The notes below the pieces were generated by a model, which worked only from the letters and a program-made list of their open reading frames with translations, was not told the DNA's origin and searched no databases. From Eledone cirrhosa (Eukaryota), in NCBI GenBank assembly GCA_964016885.1, contig OZ024741.1, positions 195,238,001 through 195,302,000 on the forward strand: a stretch of 64,000 bases of DNA, written 5' to 3'. Positions within the stretch are counted from its first letter, which is position 1, and every line of letters begins with the position of its first letter. Shown piece after piece: positions 1 to 15,000 of the stretch. The translations under genes and the position numbers were made by a program.

Positions 1-3000
1 CTGTAGTTGTTTTTGTTATTGTTGTTGTTACTCTTTTGTTACTGTAGTTGTTTTTGTGATTGTTGGTGTTACTGATTTGTTACTGTAGTTGTTTTTGTTA
101 TTGTTGTTACTGTTTTGTTACTGTAGTTGTTATTGTTACTGTTGTTGTTACTGTTTTGTTACTGTAGTTGTTTTTGTTATTGTTGTTACTGTTTTGTTAC
201 TGTAGTAGTTATTGTTACTGTTGTTGTTAGTGTTGTTGTTACTGTTTTGTTACTGTAGTTGTTATTGTTACTGTTGGTGTTACTGTTTTGTTACTGTAGT
301 CCTTATTGTTACTGTTGTAGTTACTGTTTTGTTACTGTAGTTGTTATTATTACTGTTGTTGTTACTGTAGTTGTTATTGTTACTGTTGTTGTTACTGTTT
401 TGTTACTGTAGTTGTTATTGTTACTGTCGTTGTTACTGTTTTGTTACTGTAGTTCTTATTGTTACTGTTGTAGTTACTGTTTTGTTACTGTAGTTGTTAT
501 TGTTATTGTTGTTGTTACTCTTTTGTTACTGTAGTTGTTTTTGTTATTGTTGGTGTTACTGTTTTGTTACTGTAGTTGTTGTTGTTACTGTTGTTATTAC
601 TGTTGTGTTACTGTTGTTGTTATTGTTGTTGTTACAGTTTTGTTACTGTAGTTGGTATCGTTACTGTTGTTGTTACTGTTTTGTTACTCTAGTTGGTATT
701 GGTACTGTTGTTGTTACTGTTTTCTTACCGTAGTTGTTATTGTTATTGTTGGTGTCTCTGTTTTGTTACTGTTGTTGTTATTGTTGTTGTTACTGTTTTG
801 TTACTGTAGTTGTTATTGTTACTGTTGTTACTGTTTTGTTACTGTAGTTGTTATTGTTACTGTTGTTGTTACTGTTTTGTTATCGTAGTTGTTATTGTTA
901 TTGTTGTTGTTACTGTTTTGTTACTGTAGTTGTTATTGTTACTGTTGTTGTTACTGTTTTGTTACTGTAGTTGTTTTTGTTTTTGTTGTTACTGTTTTGT
1001 TACTGTAGTTGTTATTGTTACTGTTGTTGTTTTTGTTATTGTTGTTACTGTTTTGTTACTGTAGTAGTTATTGTTACTGTTGTTGTTACTGTTTTGTTAC
1101 TGTATATGTTACTTTTGTTGTTACTGTTGTTGTTACTTATTTGTTACCGTAGTTGTTATTGTTACTGTTGTTGTTACTGTTGTTGTTACTGTTTTCTAAC
1201 TGTAGTTGTTATTGTTACTGGTGGTGTTACTGTTTTGTTACTGTAGTTGTTATTGTTACTGTTGTTGTTACTGTTTTGTCACTGTATTTGTTACTTTTGT
1301 TGTTACTGTTGTTGTTACTGATTTGTTACCGTAGTTGTTATTGTTACTGTTGTTGTTACTGTTTTGTTACTGTAGTTGTTATTGTTACTGGTGGTGTTAC
1401 TTTTTTGTTACTGTAGTTGTTACTTTTGTTGTTACTGTTGTTGTTACTGTTTTGTTACTGCAGTTGTTATTATTGCTGTTATTTTTACTGTTTTGTTACT
1501 GTAGTTGTTATTGTTACTGTTGTTATTACTGTTGTCTTACTGTTGTTGTTACTGTTGTTGTTACTGTTTTATTACTGTAGTTGGTATTGGTACTGTTGTT
1601 GTTACTGTTTTCTTACCGTAGTTGTTATTGTTATTGTTGGTGTCTCTGTTTTGTTACTGTTGTTGTTATTGTTGTTGTTACTGTTTTGTTACTGTAGTTG
1701 TTATTGTTACTGTTGTTGTTACTGTTTTGTTACTGTAGTTGTTATTGTTACTGTTGTTGTTACTGTTTTGTTATCGTAGTTGTTATTGTTATTGTTGTTG
1801 TTACTGTTTTGTTACTGTTGTTGTTACTGTTGTTATTACTGTTTTTTTACTGTAGTTGTTATTGCTACTGTTGGTGTTACTGTTTTGTTACTGTAGTTGT
1901 TATTGTTTCTGTTGTTGTTACTGTTTTGTTGTTGTAGTTGTTATTGTTACTGTTGTTGTTACTGTTTTGTTGTTGTAGCTGTTATTGTTACTGTTGGTGT
2001 TACTGTTTTGTAACTGTAGTTCTTATTGATACTGTAGTTGTTACTGTTTTGTTACTGTAGTTGTTGTTGTTACTGTTGTTGTTACTGTTTTGTTGTTGTA
2101 GTTGTTATTGTTACTGTTGTTGTTACTGTTTTGTTACTGTTTTGTTACTGTTTTGTTACTGTTTTGTTACTGTTTTGTTACTGTAGTTCTTATTGTTACT
2201 GTTGTTGTTACTGTTTTGTTACTGTTGTTGTTACTGTTTTGTTACTGTTTTGTTACTGTTGATGTTATTGTTACTGTTGTTGTTACTGTTTTGTTACTGT
2301 AGTTACTTTTGTTGTTACTGTTGTTGTTACTTATGTGTTACCGTAGTTGTTATTGTTACTGTTGTTGTTACTGTTGTTGTTACTGTTTTGTTACTGTAGT
2401 TGTTTTTGTTACTGGTGGTGTTACTGTTTTGTTACTGTAGTTGTTACTTATGTTGTTACTGTTGTTGTTACTCTTTTGTTACCGTAGTTGTTATTGTTAC
2501 TTTTCTTGTTACTGTTGTTGTTACTGTTTTGTTACCGGAGTTGTTATTGTTACTGTTGTTGTTAGTGTTGTTGTTACTGTTTTGTTACTGTAGTTGTTAT
2601 TGTTACTGTTGGTGTTACTGTTTTGTTACTGTAGTCCTTATTGTTACTGTTGTAGTTACTGTTTTGTTACTGTAGTTGTTATTATTACTGTTGTTGTTAC
2701 TGTTTTGTTACTGTAGTTGTTATTGTTACTGTTGTTGTTATTGTTTTGTTACTGTAGTTGTTATTGTTACTGTTGTTGTTACTGTTTTTTTACTGTAGTT
2801 GTTATTGTTACTGTCGTTGTTACTGTTTTGTTACTGTAGTTGTTATTATTAATGTTGTTGTTACTGTTTTGTTACTGTAGTTGTTATTGTTACTGTTGTT
2901 GTTACTGTTTTGTTACTGTAGTTGTTATTGTTACTGTTGTTGTTACTGTTTTGTTACTGTAGTTGGTATTGTTACTGTTGTTGTTACTGTTTTGTTACTG

Positions 3001-6000
3001 TTTTGTTACTGTAGTTGTTTTTGTTATTGTTGTTGTTACTCTTTTGTTACTGTAGTTGTTTTTGTTATTGTTGGTGTTACTGTTTTGTTACTGTAGTTGT
3101 TTTTGTTATTGTTGTTACTGTTTTGTTACCGTAGTTGTTATTGTTACTGTTGTTGTTACTGTTTTGTTACTGTAGTTGTTTTTGTTATTGTTGTTACTGT
3201 TTTGTTACTGTAGTAGTTATTGTTACTGTTGTTGTTACTGTTTTGTTACTTATTTGTTACCGTAGTTGTTATTGTTACTGTTGTTGTTACTGTTTTGTTA
3301 CTGTAGTTGTTATTGTTACAGATTTGTTACTTTTCTGTTACTGTAGTTGTTATTGTTATTGTTGTTGTTCCTGTTTTGTTACTATAGTTATAGTTATTGT
3401 TGGTGTTACTGTTTTGTTACTGTAGTTGTTAATGTTATTGTTGGTGTAACTGTTTTGTTACTGTATTTGGTATTATTACTGTTGTTGTTACTGTTTTGTT
3501 ACTGTTGTTGTTACTGTTTTGTTACTGTAGTTGTTATTGTTACTGTTGCTGTTACTATCTTGTTACTGTATTTGTTATTCTTACCGTTTGTGTTACTGTT
3601 TTGTTACTGCTTTGTTACTGTAGTTCTTATTGTTACTGTTGTTGTTACTGTTTTGTTACTATTGTTGTTACTGTTTTGTGACTGTAGTTGTTATTGTTAC
3701 TGTTGTTGTTACTGTTTTGTTACTGTTTTGTTACTGTTGTTGTTATTGTTACTGTTGTTGTTACTGTTTTGTTACTGTAGTTGTTTTTGTTATTGTTGTT
3801 ACTGTTTTGTTACTGTAGATGTTATTGTTACTGTTGTTGTTACTGTTGTTGTTACTGTTTTGTTACTGTAGTTGTTTTTGTTATTGTTGTTACTGTTTTG
3901 TTACTGTAGTTGTTATTGCTACTGTTGTTGTTACTGTTTTGTTACTGTAGTTGTTTTTGTTATTGTTGGTGTTACTGTTTTGTGACTGTAGTTGTTATTG
4001 TTACTGTTGTTACTATTTTGTTACTGTAGTTGTTATTGTTACTGTTGTTGTTACTGTTTTGTTACTGTAGTTGGTATTGTTACTGTTGTTGTTACTGGTT
4101 TGTTACTGTAGTTGTTATTGTTACTGTTGTTGTTACTGTTTTGTTACTGTAGTTTTTACTTTTGTTGTTACTGTTGTTGTTACTGTTTTGTTACCGTAGT
4201 TGTTATTGTTACTGTTGTTGTTACTGTTTTGTTAATGTAGTTGTTATTGTTACTGTTGTTGTTACTTTTTTGTTACTGTAGTTGTTACTTTTGTTGTTAC
4301 TGTTGTTGTTACTGTTTTGTTACTGCAGTTGTTATTGTTGCTGTTATTTTTACTGTTTTGTTACTGTAGTTGTTATTGTTACTGTTGTTATTACTGTTGT
4401 GTTACTGTTGTTGTTACTGTTGTTGTTACTGTTTTGTTACTGTAGTTGGTATCGTTACTGTTGTTGTTACTATTTTGTTACTCTAGTTGGTATTGGTACT
4501 GTTGTTGTTACTGTTTTCTTACCGTAGTTGTTATTGTTATTGTTGGTGTCTGTTTTGTTACTGTTGTTGTTATTGTTGTTGTTACTGTAGTTGTTATTGT
4601 TACTGTTGTTGTTACTGTTTTGTTACTGTAGTTGTTATTGTTACTGTTGTTGTTACTGTTTTGTTATCGTAGTTGTTATTGTTATTGTTGTTGTTACTGT
4701 TTTGTTACTGTTGTTGTTATTGTTGTTGTTGTTGTTACTGTTCTGTTACTGTAGTTGTTATTGTTACTGTTGGTGTTAATGTTTTTTTACTGTAGTTCTT
4801 ATTGTTACTGTTGTTGTTACTGTTTTGTTACTGTAGTTGGTATTGTTACTGTTGTTGTTACTGTTTTGTTACTGTTGTTGTTACTGTTGTTGTTACTGTT
4901 GTTGTTATTGTTACTGTTTTGTTACTGTAATTGTTATTTTTACTGTTGTTGTTATTGTTACTGTTGGTGTTACTGTTTTGTTACTGTAGTTGGAAATGTT
5001 ACATTTGTTGTTACTGCTTTGTTACTGTAGTTGTTATTATTACTGTTGTTGTTACTGTTTTGTTACTGTAGTTGGAATTGTTACTTTTGTTGTTACTGCT
5101 TTGTTACTGTTGTTGTTATTGTTACTGTTGTTGTTACAGTTTTGTTACTGTAGTTGGAATTGTTACTGTTGTTGCTACTGTTTTGTTACTGTTGTTGTTA
5201 TTGTTACTTTTGTTGTTACTGTTTTGTTACTGTAGTTGGAATTGTTACTGTTGTTATTACTGTTTTGTTACTGTAGTTTGAATTGTTACTGTTGTTGCTA
5301 CTGTTTTGTTACTGTAGTTGTTATTGTCACTGTTGTTGTTACTGTTTTGTTACTGTTGTTGCTATTGTTACTTTTGTTGTTACTGTTTTGTTACTGTAGT
5401 TGGAATTGTTACTGTTGTTGCTATTTTTTTGTCACTGTAGTTGTTATTGTTACTGTTGTTGCTACTGTTTTGTTACTGTAGTTGTTATTGTTACTGTTGT
5501 TGTTACTGTTTTGTTACTGTAGTTGTAATTGTTACTGTTGTTGTTACTGTTTTGTTACTGTAGTTGATATTGTTACTGTTGTTGCTACTGTTTTGTTACT
5601 GTAGTTGGAATTGTTACTGTTGTTGTTACTGTTTTGTTACTGTAGTTGTTATTGTTACTGTTGATGCTACTGTTTTGTTACTGTAGTTGGAATTGTTACT
5701 GTTGTTGTTACTGTTTTGTTACTGTAGTTGTTATTGTTACTGTTGTTGCTACTGTTTTGTTACTGTAGTTGGTATTGTTACTGTTGTTGTTACTGTTTTG
5801 TTACTGTAGTTGTTATTGTTACTGTTGTTGCTACAGTTTTGTTACTGTAGTTGTTATTGTTACTGTTGTTGTTACTGTTTTGTTACTGTAGTTGGAATTG
5901 TTACTGTTGTTGTTACTGTTTTGTTACTGTTTTGTTACTGTTTTGTTACTGTAGTTCTTATTGTTACTGTTGTTGTTACTGTTTTGTGACTGTAGTTGTT

Positions 6001-9000
6001 ATTGTTACTGTTGTTGTTGCTGTTTTGTTACTGTTTTGTTACTGTTGTTGTTATTGTTACTGTTGTTGTTAGAGTCTTGTTACTGTAGTGGTTTTTGTTA
6101 TTGTTGGTGTTACTGTTTTGTCACTGTCGTTGTTTTTGTTATTGTTGTTGTTACTGTTGTTGTTACTGTTTTGTTACTGTAGTTGTTATTGTTACTGTTG
6201 TTTTTACTGTTTTGTTACTGTAGTTGTTTTTGTTATTGTTGTTGTTACTGTTGTTGTTACTGTTTTGTTACTGTAGTTGTTATTGTTACTGTTGTTTTTA
6301 CTGTTTTGTTACTGTAGTTGTTTTTGTTATTGTTGTTACTGTTTTGTTACTGTAGTTGTTATTGTTACTGTTGTTGTTACTGTTTTGTTACTGTAGCTGT
6401 TTTTGTTATTTTGGTGTTACTGTTTTGTTACTGTAGTTGTTATTGTTACTGTTGTTACTGTTTAGTTACTGTAGTTGTTATTGTTACTGTTGTTGTTACT
6501 GTTTTGTTACTGTTGTTGCTACTGTTTTGTTACTGTAATTGTTATCGTTACTGTTGTTGTTACTGTTTTGTTACTGTTGTTGTTACTGTTTTGTTACTGT
6601 ATGTGTTATTGTTACAGTATTGTTACTGTTCTGTTACTGTAGTAGTTATAGTTATTGTTGGTGTTACTGTTTTGTTACTGTAGTTGTTATTGTTATTGTT
6701 GGTGTTACTGTTATGTTACTGTAGTTGGTATTGTTACTGGTGGTGTTACTGTTTTGTTACTGTAGTTGTTATTGTTACTGTTGTTGTTACTGTTGTTGTT
6801 ACTTTTTTGTTACTGTTGTTGTTACTGTTTTGTGACTGCAGTTGTTATTGTTACTGTTGTTGTTGCTGTTTTGTTACTGTTTTGTTACTGTTGTTGTTAT
6901 TGTTACTGTTGTTGTTACTGTTTTGTTACTGTAGTTGTTATTGTTACTGTTGTTGTTACTGTTTTGTTACTGTAGCTGTTTTTGTTATTGTTGGTGTTAC
7001 TGTTTTGTTACTGTAGTTGTTATTGTTACTGTTGTTACTGTTTTGTTACTGTAGGTGTTATTGTTACTGTTGTCGTTACTGTTTTGTTACTGTAGTTGGT
7101 ATTGTTACTGTTGTTGTTACTGGTTTGTTACTGTAGTTTTTATTGTTACTGTTGTTGTTACTGTTTTGTTACTGTAGTTTTTACTTTTGTTGTTACTGTT
7201 GTTGTTACTGTTTTGTTACTGTAGTTGCTATTGTTACTGTTTTTTTACTGTTTGTTACTGTATTTGTTACTTTTTTTATTACTGTTGTTGTTACTGATTT
7301 GTTACCGTAGTTGTTATTGTTACTGTTGTTGTTACTGTTGTTGTTACAGTTTTGTTACTGTAGTTGTTATTGTTACTGGTGGTGTTACTGTTTTGTTACT
7401 GTATTTGTTACTTTTGTTATTACTGTTGTTGTTACTGTTTTGTTACTGTAGTTGTTATTGTTACTGTTGGTGTTACTGTTTTGTTACTGTAGTTCTTATT
7501 GTTACTGTTGTTGTTACTGTTTTGTTACTGTAGTTATTACTTTTGTCGTTACTGTTGTTGTTACTGTTGTTGTTATTGTTACTGTTGGTGTTACTGTTTT
7601 GTTACTGTAGTTGTTATTGTTACTGTTGTTGTTACTGTTTTGTTATTGTAGTTGTTATTTTTACCGTTGTTGTTACTGTTTTGTTACTGTAGTTGTTATT
7701 GTTACTGTCGTAGTTACTGTTTTGTTACTGTATTTTTTATTATTACCGTTGTTGTTACTGTTTTGTCACTGTAGTTGTTATTGTTACTGTTGTTGTTACT
7801 GTTTTGTTACTGTAGTTGTTATTGTTACTGTTGTTGTTACTGTTTTGTTACTGTAGTTGGTATTATTACTGTTGTTGTTACTGTTTTGTTACTGTAGTTG
7901 TTATTGTTACTGTTTTGTTACTGTAGTTGTTATTGTTACTGGTGTTGTTACTTTTTTGTTACTGTTGTTGTTACTGTTGTTGTTACTGTTGTTGTTACTG
8001 TTTCTTTACTGTAGTTGTTATTGTTACTGTTTTGTTACTGTAGTTGGTATTGTTATTGTTGGTGTTACCGTTTTGTTACTGTAGTTGTTATTTTACTGTT
8101 GTTGTTACTGTTTTATTACTGTTGTTGTTAGTGTTACTGTTGTTGTTACTGTTTTGTTACTGTAGTTGGTATTGTTACTGTTGTTACTGTTTTGTTACCG
8201 TAGTTCTTTTTGTTATTGTTGTTGTTACTGTTTTGTTACTGTAGTTGGTATTGTTATTGTTGTTGTTACTGTTTTGTTACTGTAGTTGTTATTGTTACTG
8301 TTGTTGTTGCTGTTTTGTTACTGTAGTTATTATTGTTACTGTTGTTGTTACTGTTTTGTTACTGTAGTTGTTATTGTTACTGTTGTTGTTACTGTAGTTG
8401 TTATTGTTACTGTTTTTGTTACTGTTTTGTTACTGTAGTTGGTATTGTTACTGTTGTTACTGTTTTGTTACCGTAGTTCTTTTTGTTATTGTCGTTGTTA
8501 CTATTTTGTTACGGTAGTTGGTATCGTTACTGTTATTGTTACTGTTTTGTTACAGTAATTGTTATTGTCACTGTTGTTGTTACTGTTTTGTTACTGTTGT
8601 TGTTACTGTTTTGTTACTGTTCTGTTACTGTAGTAGTTATTATTACTTTTCTTGTTACTGTTGTTGTTACTGTTTTGTTACCGTAGTTGTTATTGTTACT
8701 GTTGTTGTTACTGTTGTTGTTACTGTTTTGTTACTGTAGTTGTTATTGTTACTGTTGGTGTTACTGTTTTTTTACTGTAGTTGTTATTATTACTGTTGTT
8801 GTTACTGTTTTGTTACTGTAGTTGTTATTGTTACTGTTGTTGTTACTGTTTTGTTACTGTAGTTGTTATTGTTACTGTTGTTGTTACTGTTTTGTTACTG
8901 TAGTTGGTATTATTACTGTTGTTGTTACTGTTTTGTTACTGTAGTTGTTATTGTTACTGTTTTGTTACTGTAGTTGTTATTGTTACTGGTGTTGTTACTT

Positions 9001-12000
9001 TTTTGTTACTGTAGTTGTTATTGTTACTGTTGTTGTTACTGTTTTGTTACTGTTGTTGTTACTGTTGTTGTTACTGTTGTTGTTACTGTTTTATTACTGT
9101 AGTTGTTATTATTACTGTTGTTGTTACTGTTTTGTTACTGTAGTTGTTATTGTTACTGTTGTTGTTACTGTTTTGTTACTGTAGTTGTTATTATTACTGT
9201 TGTTGTTACTGTTTTGTTCCCGCAGTTGGTATTGTTATTGTTGGTGTTACCGTTTTGTTACTGTAGTTGTTATTTTACTGTTGTTGTTACTGTTTTATTA
9301 ATGTTGATGTTATTGTTACTGTTGTTGTTACTGTTTTGTTACTGTAGTTGGGATTGTTATTGTTGTTGTTACTGTTTTGTTACTGTAGTTGGTATTGTTA
9401 CTGTTGTTGTTATTGGTTTGTTACTGTAGTTTTTATTGTTACTGTTGTTGTTACTGTTTTGTTACTGTAGTTTTTACTTTTGTTGTTACTGTTGTTGTTA
9501 CTGTTTTGTTACCGTAGTTGTTATTGTTACTGTTGTTGTTACTGTTTTGTTACTGTAGTTGCTATTGTTACTGTTTTTTTACTGTTGTTGTTACTGTTGT
9601 TGTTACTGTTGTTGTTACTGTTGTTGTTACTGTTGTTGTTACTGTTGTTGTTACTGTAGTTGTTATTGTTACTGTTTTGTTACTGTAGTTGTTATTGTTA
9701 CTGTTGTTGTTACTGTTTTATTACTGTAGTTGTTATTATTACTGTTGTTGTTACTATTTTGTTACTGTAGTTGTTACTGTTTTGTTACTGTAGTTATTAT
9801 TGTTACTGTTGTTGTTACTGTTTTGTTACTGTAGTTGTTATTGTTACTGTTGTTGTTACTGTTTTGTTACTGTAGTTGTTATTGTTACTGTTTTTGTTAC
9901 TGTTTTGTTACTGTAGTTGGTATTGTTACTGTTGTTACTGTTTTGTTACCGTAGTTCTTTTTGTTATTGTTGTTGTTACTATTTTGTTACGGTAGTTGGT
10001 ATTGTTACTGTTATTGTTACTGTTTTGTTACTGTAATTGTTATTGTTACTGTTGTTGTTACTGTTTTGTTACTGTTGTTGTTACTGTTTTGTTACTGTAG
10101 TAGTTATTGTTACTGTTGGTGTTACTGTTTTGTTACTGTAGTTGTTATTGTTACTGTTGTTGTTACTGTTTTGTTACTGTAGTTTTTATTGTTACTGTTG
10201 TTGTTACTGTTTTGTTATTGTAGTTGTTATTGTTACTGTTGTTGTTACTGTTTTGTTACTGTTGTTGTTATTGTTACTGTTGTTGTTATTGTTACTGTTG
10301 TTGTTACTGTTTTTGTTATTGTTGTTATTGTTTTGTTACTGTAATTGTTATTGTTACTGTTGTTGTTACTGTTTTGTTACTGTAGCTGTTTTTGTTATTG
10401 TTGGTGTTACTGTTTTGTTACTGTAGTTGTTATTCTAACAGTTTTATTACTGTTCTGTTACTGTAGTAGTTATTGTTACTTTTCTTGTTACTGTTGTTGT
10501 TGCTGTTTTGTTACTGTTGATGTTACTGTTTTGTTACTGTATTTGTTACTTTTGTTGTTACTGTTTTGTTACTTTAGTTGTTACTTTTGTTGTTACTGTT
10601 GTTGTTACTGTTTTGTTACCGTAGTTGTTATTGCTACTGTTGTTGTTACTGTTGTTGTTACTGTTTTGTTACTGTAGTTGTTATTGTTACTGCTGGTGTT
10701 ACTGTTTTGTTACTGTAGTTCTTATTGTTAATGTTGTTGTTACTGTTTTGTTACTGTAGTTATTACTTTTGTTGTTACTGTTGTTGTTACTGTTTTGTTA
10801 CTGTAGTTGTTATTGTTACTTTTGTTATTAGTGTTTTGTTATTGTAGTTGTTATTGTTACTGTTGGTGTTATTGTTGGTGTTACTGTTTTGTTACTGTAG
10901 GTGTTATTTTTACTGTTGTTGTTACTGTTTTATTATTGTTGTTGTTATTGTTACTGTCGTTGTTACTGTTTTGTTACTGTAGTTGGTATTGTTACTGTTG
11001 TTACTGTTTTGTTACCGTAGTTCTTTTTGTTATTGTTGTTGTTACTGTTTTGTTACTGTAGTTGGTATTGTTATTGTTGTTGTTACTGTTTTGTTACTGT
11101 AGTTGTTATTGTTACTGTTGTTGTTACTGTTTTGTTACTGTAGTTATTATTGTTACTGTTGTTGTTACTGTTTTGTTGCTGTAGTTGTTATTGTTACTGT
11201 TGTTGTTACTGTTTTGTTACTGTAGTTGTTATTGTTACTGTTTTTGTTACTGTTTTGTTACTGTAGTTGGTATTGTTACTGTTGTTACTGTTTTGTTACC
11301 GTAGTTCTTTTTGTTATTGTTGTTGTTACTATTTTGTTACTGTAGTTGGTATTGTTACTGTTATTGTTACTGTTTTGTTACTGTAATTGTTATTGTTACT
11401 GTTGTTGTTACTGTTTTGTTACTGTTGTTGTTACTGTTTTGTTACTGCAGTTGTTATTGTTACAGTTTTGTTACTGTTCTGTTACTGTAGTTGTTATTGT
11501 TTCTGTTGTTGTTACTGTTTTGTTACTGTAGTTGTTATTGTTACTGTTGTTGTTACTGTTTTCTTACTGTAGTTGTTATTGTTACTGTTGTTGTTACTGT
11601 TTTGTAACTGTTGTTGTTATTGTTACTGTTGGTGTTACTGTTTTGTTACTGTAGTTGGAATTGTTACTTTTGTTGTTACTGTTTTGTTACTGTAGTTGTT
11701 ATTGTTACTGTCGTTGTTACTGTTTTGTTACTGTTTGTTACTGTAGTTCTTATTGTTACTGTTGTTGTTACTGTTTTGTGACTGTAGTTGTTATTGTTAC
11801 TGTTTTTGTTACTGTTTTGTTACTGTTTTGTTACTGTTGTTGTTATTGTTACTGTTGTTGTTACTGTTTTGTTACTGTAGTTGTTTTTCTTATTGTTGTT
11901 GTTACTGTTTTGTTACTGTAGTTGTTTTTGTTATTGTTGGTGTTACTGTTTGTTACTGTAGTTGTTTTTGTTATTGTTCTTACTGTTTTGTTACTGTAGT

Positions 12001-15000
12001 TGTTATTGTTACTGTTGTTGTTACTGTTTTGTTACTGTAGTTGTTTTTGTTATTGTTGTTACTGTTTTGTCACTGTAGTTGTTATTGTTACTGTTGTTGT
12101 TACTGTTTTGTTACTGTAGTTGTTATTGTTACTGTTGTTGTTTCTGTTTTGTTACTGTATTTGTTATCGTTACTATTTTGTTACTGTAGTTGTTATTGTT
12201 TCTGTTGTTGTTACTGTTTTGTTACTGTAGTTGTTATTTTTACTGTTGTTGTTACTGTTTTGTTACTGTAGTTGTTATTGTTACTGTCGTTTTTACTGTT
12301 TTGTTACTGTAGTTGTTATTATTACTGTTGTTGTTACTGTTTTGTTACTGTAGTTGTTACTGTTACTGTTGTTGTTACTGTTTTGTTACTGTAGTTGTTA
12401 TTGTTACTGTTGTTGTTACTGTTTTGTTACTGTATTTGTTACTTTTGTTGTTACTGTTGTTGTTACTGATTTGATACCGTAGTTGTTATTGTTACTGTTG
12501 TTGTTACTGTTGTTGTTACAGTTTTGTTACTGTAGTTGTTATTGTTACTGGTGGTGTTACTGTTTTGTTACTTTAGTTGTTACTTTTGTTGTTATTGTTG
12601 TTGTTACTGTTTTGTTACCGTAGTTGTTATTGCTACTGTTGTTGTTACTGTTGTTGTTACTGTTTTGTTACTTTAGTTGTTAATGTTACTGTTGGTGTTA
12701 CTGTTTTGTTACTGTATTTCTTATTGTTACTGTTGTTGTTACTGTTTTGTTACTGTTGTTGTTATTGTTACTTTTGTTGTTACTGTTTTGTTACTGTAGT
12801 TGGAATTGTTACTGTTGTTGCTACTGTTTTGTAACTGTAGTTGTTATTGTTACTGTTGTTGTTACTGTTTTGTTACTGTTGTTGCTATTGTTACTTTTGT
12901 TGTTACTGTAGTTGTTATTGTTACTGTTAGTGTTACTGTTGGTGTTACTGTTTTGTTACCGTAGTTGGTATTGTTACTGTTGGTGTTACTGTTTTGTTAC
13001 TGTAGTTGTTATTTTTACTGTTGTTGTTACTGTTTTGTTACTGTTATTGTTATTGTTACTGTTGTTGTTACTGTTTTGTTACTGTAGTTGGTATTGTTAC
13101 TGTTGTTACTGTTTTGTTACCGTAGTTCTTGTTTGTTATTGTTGTTGTTACTGTAGTTGGTATTGTTATTGTTGTTGTTACTGTTTTGTTACTGTAGTTG
13201 TTATTGTTACTGTTGTTGTTACTGTGTTGTTACTGTAGTTATTATTGTTACTGTTGTTGTTACTGTTTTGTTACTGTAGTTGTTATTGTTACTGTTGTTG
13301 TTACTGTTTTGTTACTGTAGTTATTATTGTTACTGTTGTTGTTACTGTTTTGTTACTGTAGTTGTTATTGTTACTGTTGTTGTTACTGTTTTGTTACTGT
13401 AGTTGTTATTGTTACTGTTTTTGTTACTGTTTTGTTACTGTAGTTGGTATTGTTACTGTTGTTGTTACTGTTTTGTTACTGTAATTGTTATTGTTACTGT
13501 TGTTGTTACTGTTTTGTTACTGTTGTTGTTACTGTTTTGTTACTGTAGTTGGTATTGTTACTGTTGTTGTTACTGTTTTCTTACTGTAGTTGTTATTGTT
13601 ACTGTTGTTGTTACTGTCTTGTAACTGTTGTTGTTATTGTTACTGTTGGTGTTACTGTTTTGTTACTGTAGTTGGAATTGTTACTTTTGTTGTTACTGTT
13701 TTGTTACTGTAGTTGTTATTGTTACTGTCGTTGTTACTGTTTTGTTACTGTTTGTTACTGTAGTTCTTATTGTTACTGTTGTTGTTACTGTTTTGTGACT
13801 GTAGTTGTTATTGTTACTGTTTTTGTTACTGTTTTGTTACTGTTTTGTTACTGTTGTTGTTATTGTTACTGTTGTTGTCACTGTTTTGTTACTGTAGTTG
13901 TTATTGTTACAGTTTTGTTACTGTTCTTTTACTGTAGTAGTTATAGTTATTGTTGGTGTGACTGTTTTGTTACTGTAGTTATTATTGTTATTGTTGGTGT
14001 TACTGTTTTGTTACTGTTGTGATTATCGTTACTATTGGTGTTACTGTTATGTTACTGTAGTTGGTATTCTTACTGTTGTTGTTACTGTTTTGTTACTGTT
14101 TGTTACTGTAGTTCTTATTGTTACTGTTGTTGTTACTGTTTTGTGACTGTAGTTGTTATTGTTACTGTTTTTGTTACTGTTTTGTTACTGTTTTGTTACT
14201 GTTGTTGTTATTGTTACTGTTGTTGTTACTGTTTTGTTACTGTAGTTGTTTTTCTTATTGTTGTTGTTACTGTTTTGTTACTGTAGTTGTTTTTGTTATT
14301 GTTGGTGTTACTGTTTGTTACTGTAGTTGTTTTTGTTATTGTTCTTACTGTTTTGTTACTGTAGTTGTTATTGTTACTGTTCTGGTTACTGTTTTGTTAC
14401 TGTAGTTGTTTTTGTTATTGTTGTTACTGTTTTGTCACTGTAGTTGTTATTGTTACTGTTGTTGTTACTGTTTTGTTACTGTAGTTGTTATTGTTAATGT
14501 TGTTGTTTCTGTTTTGTTACTGTATTTGTTATCGTTACTATTTTGTTACTGTAGTTGTTATTGTTTCTGTTGTTGTTACTGTTTTGTTACTGTAGTTGTT
14601 ATTTTTACTGTTGTTGTTACTGTCTTGTTACTGTAGTTGTTATTGTTACTGTCGTTTTTACTGTTTTGTTACTGTAGTTGTTATTATTACTGTTGTTGTT
14701 ACTGTTTTGTTACTGTAGTTGTTACTGTTACTGTTGTTGTTACTGTTTTGGTACTGTAGTTGTTATTGTTACTGTTGTTGTTACTGTTTTGTTACTGTAT
14801 TTGTTACTTTTGTTGTTACTGTTGTTGTTACTGATTTGATACCGTAGTTGTTATTGTTACTGTTGTTGTTACTGTTGTTGTTACAGTTTTGTTACTGTAG
14901 TTGTTATTGTTACTGGTGGTGTTACTGTTTTGTTACTTTAGTTGTTACTTTTGTTGTTATTGTTGTTGTTACTGTTTTGTTACCGTAGTTGTTATTGCTA

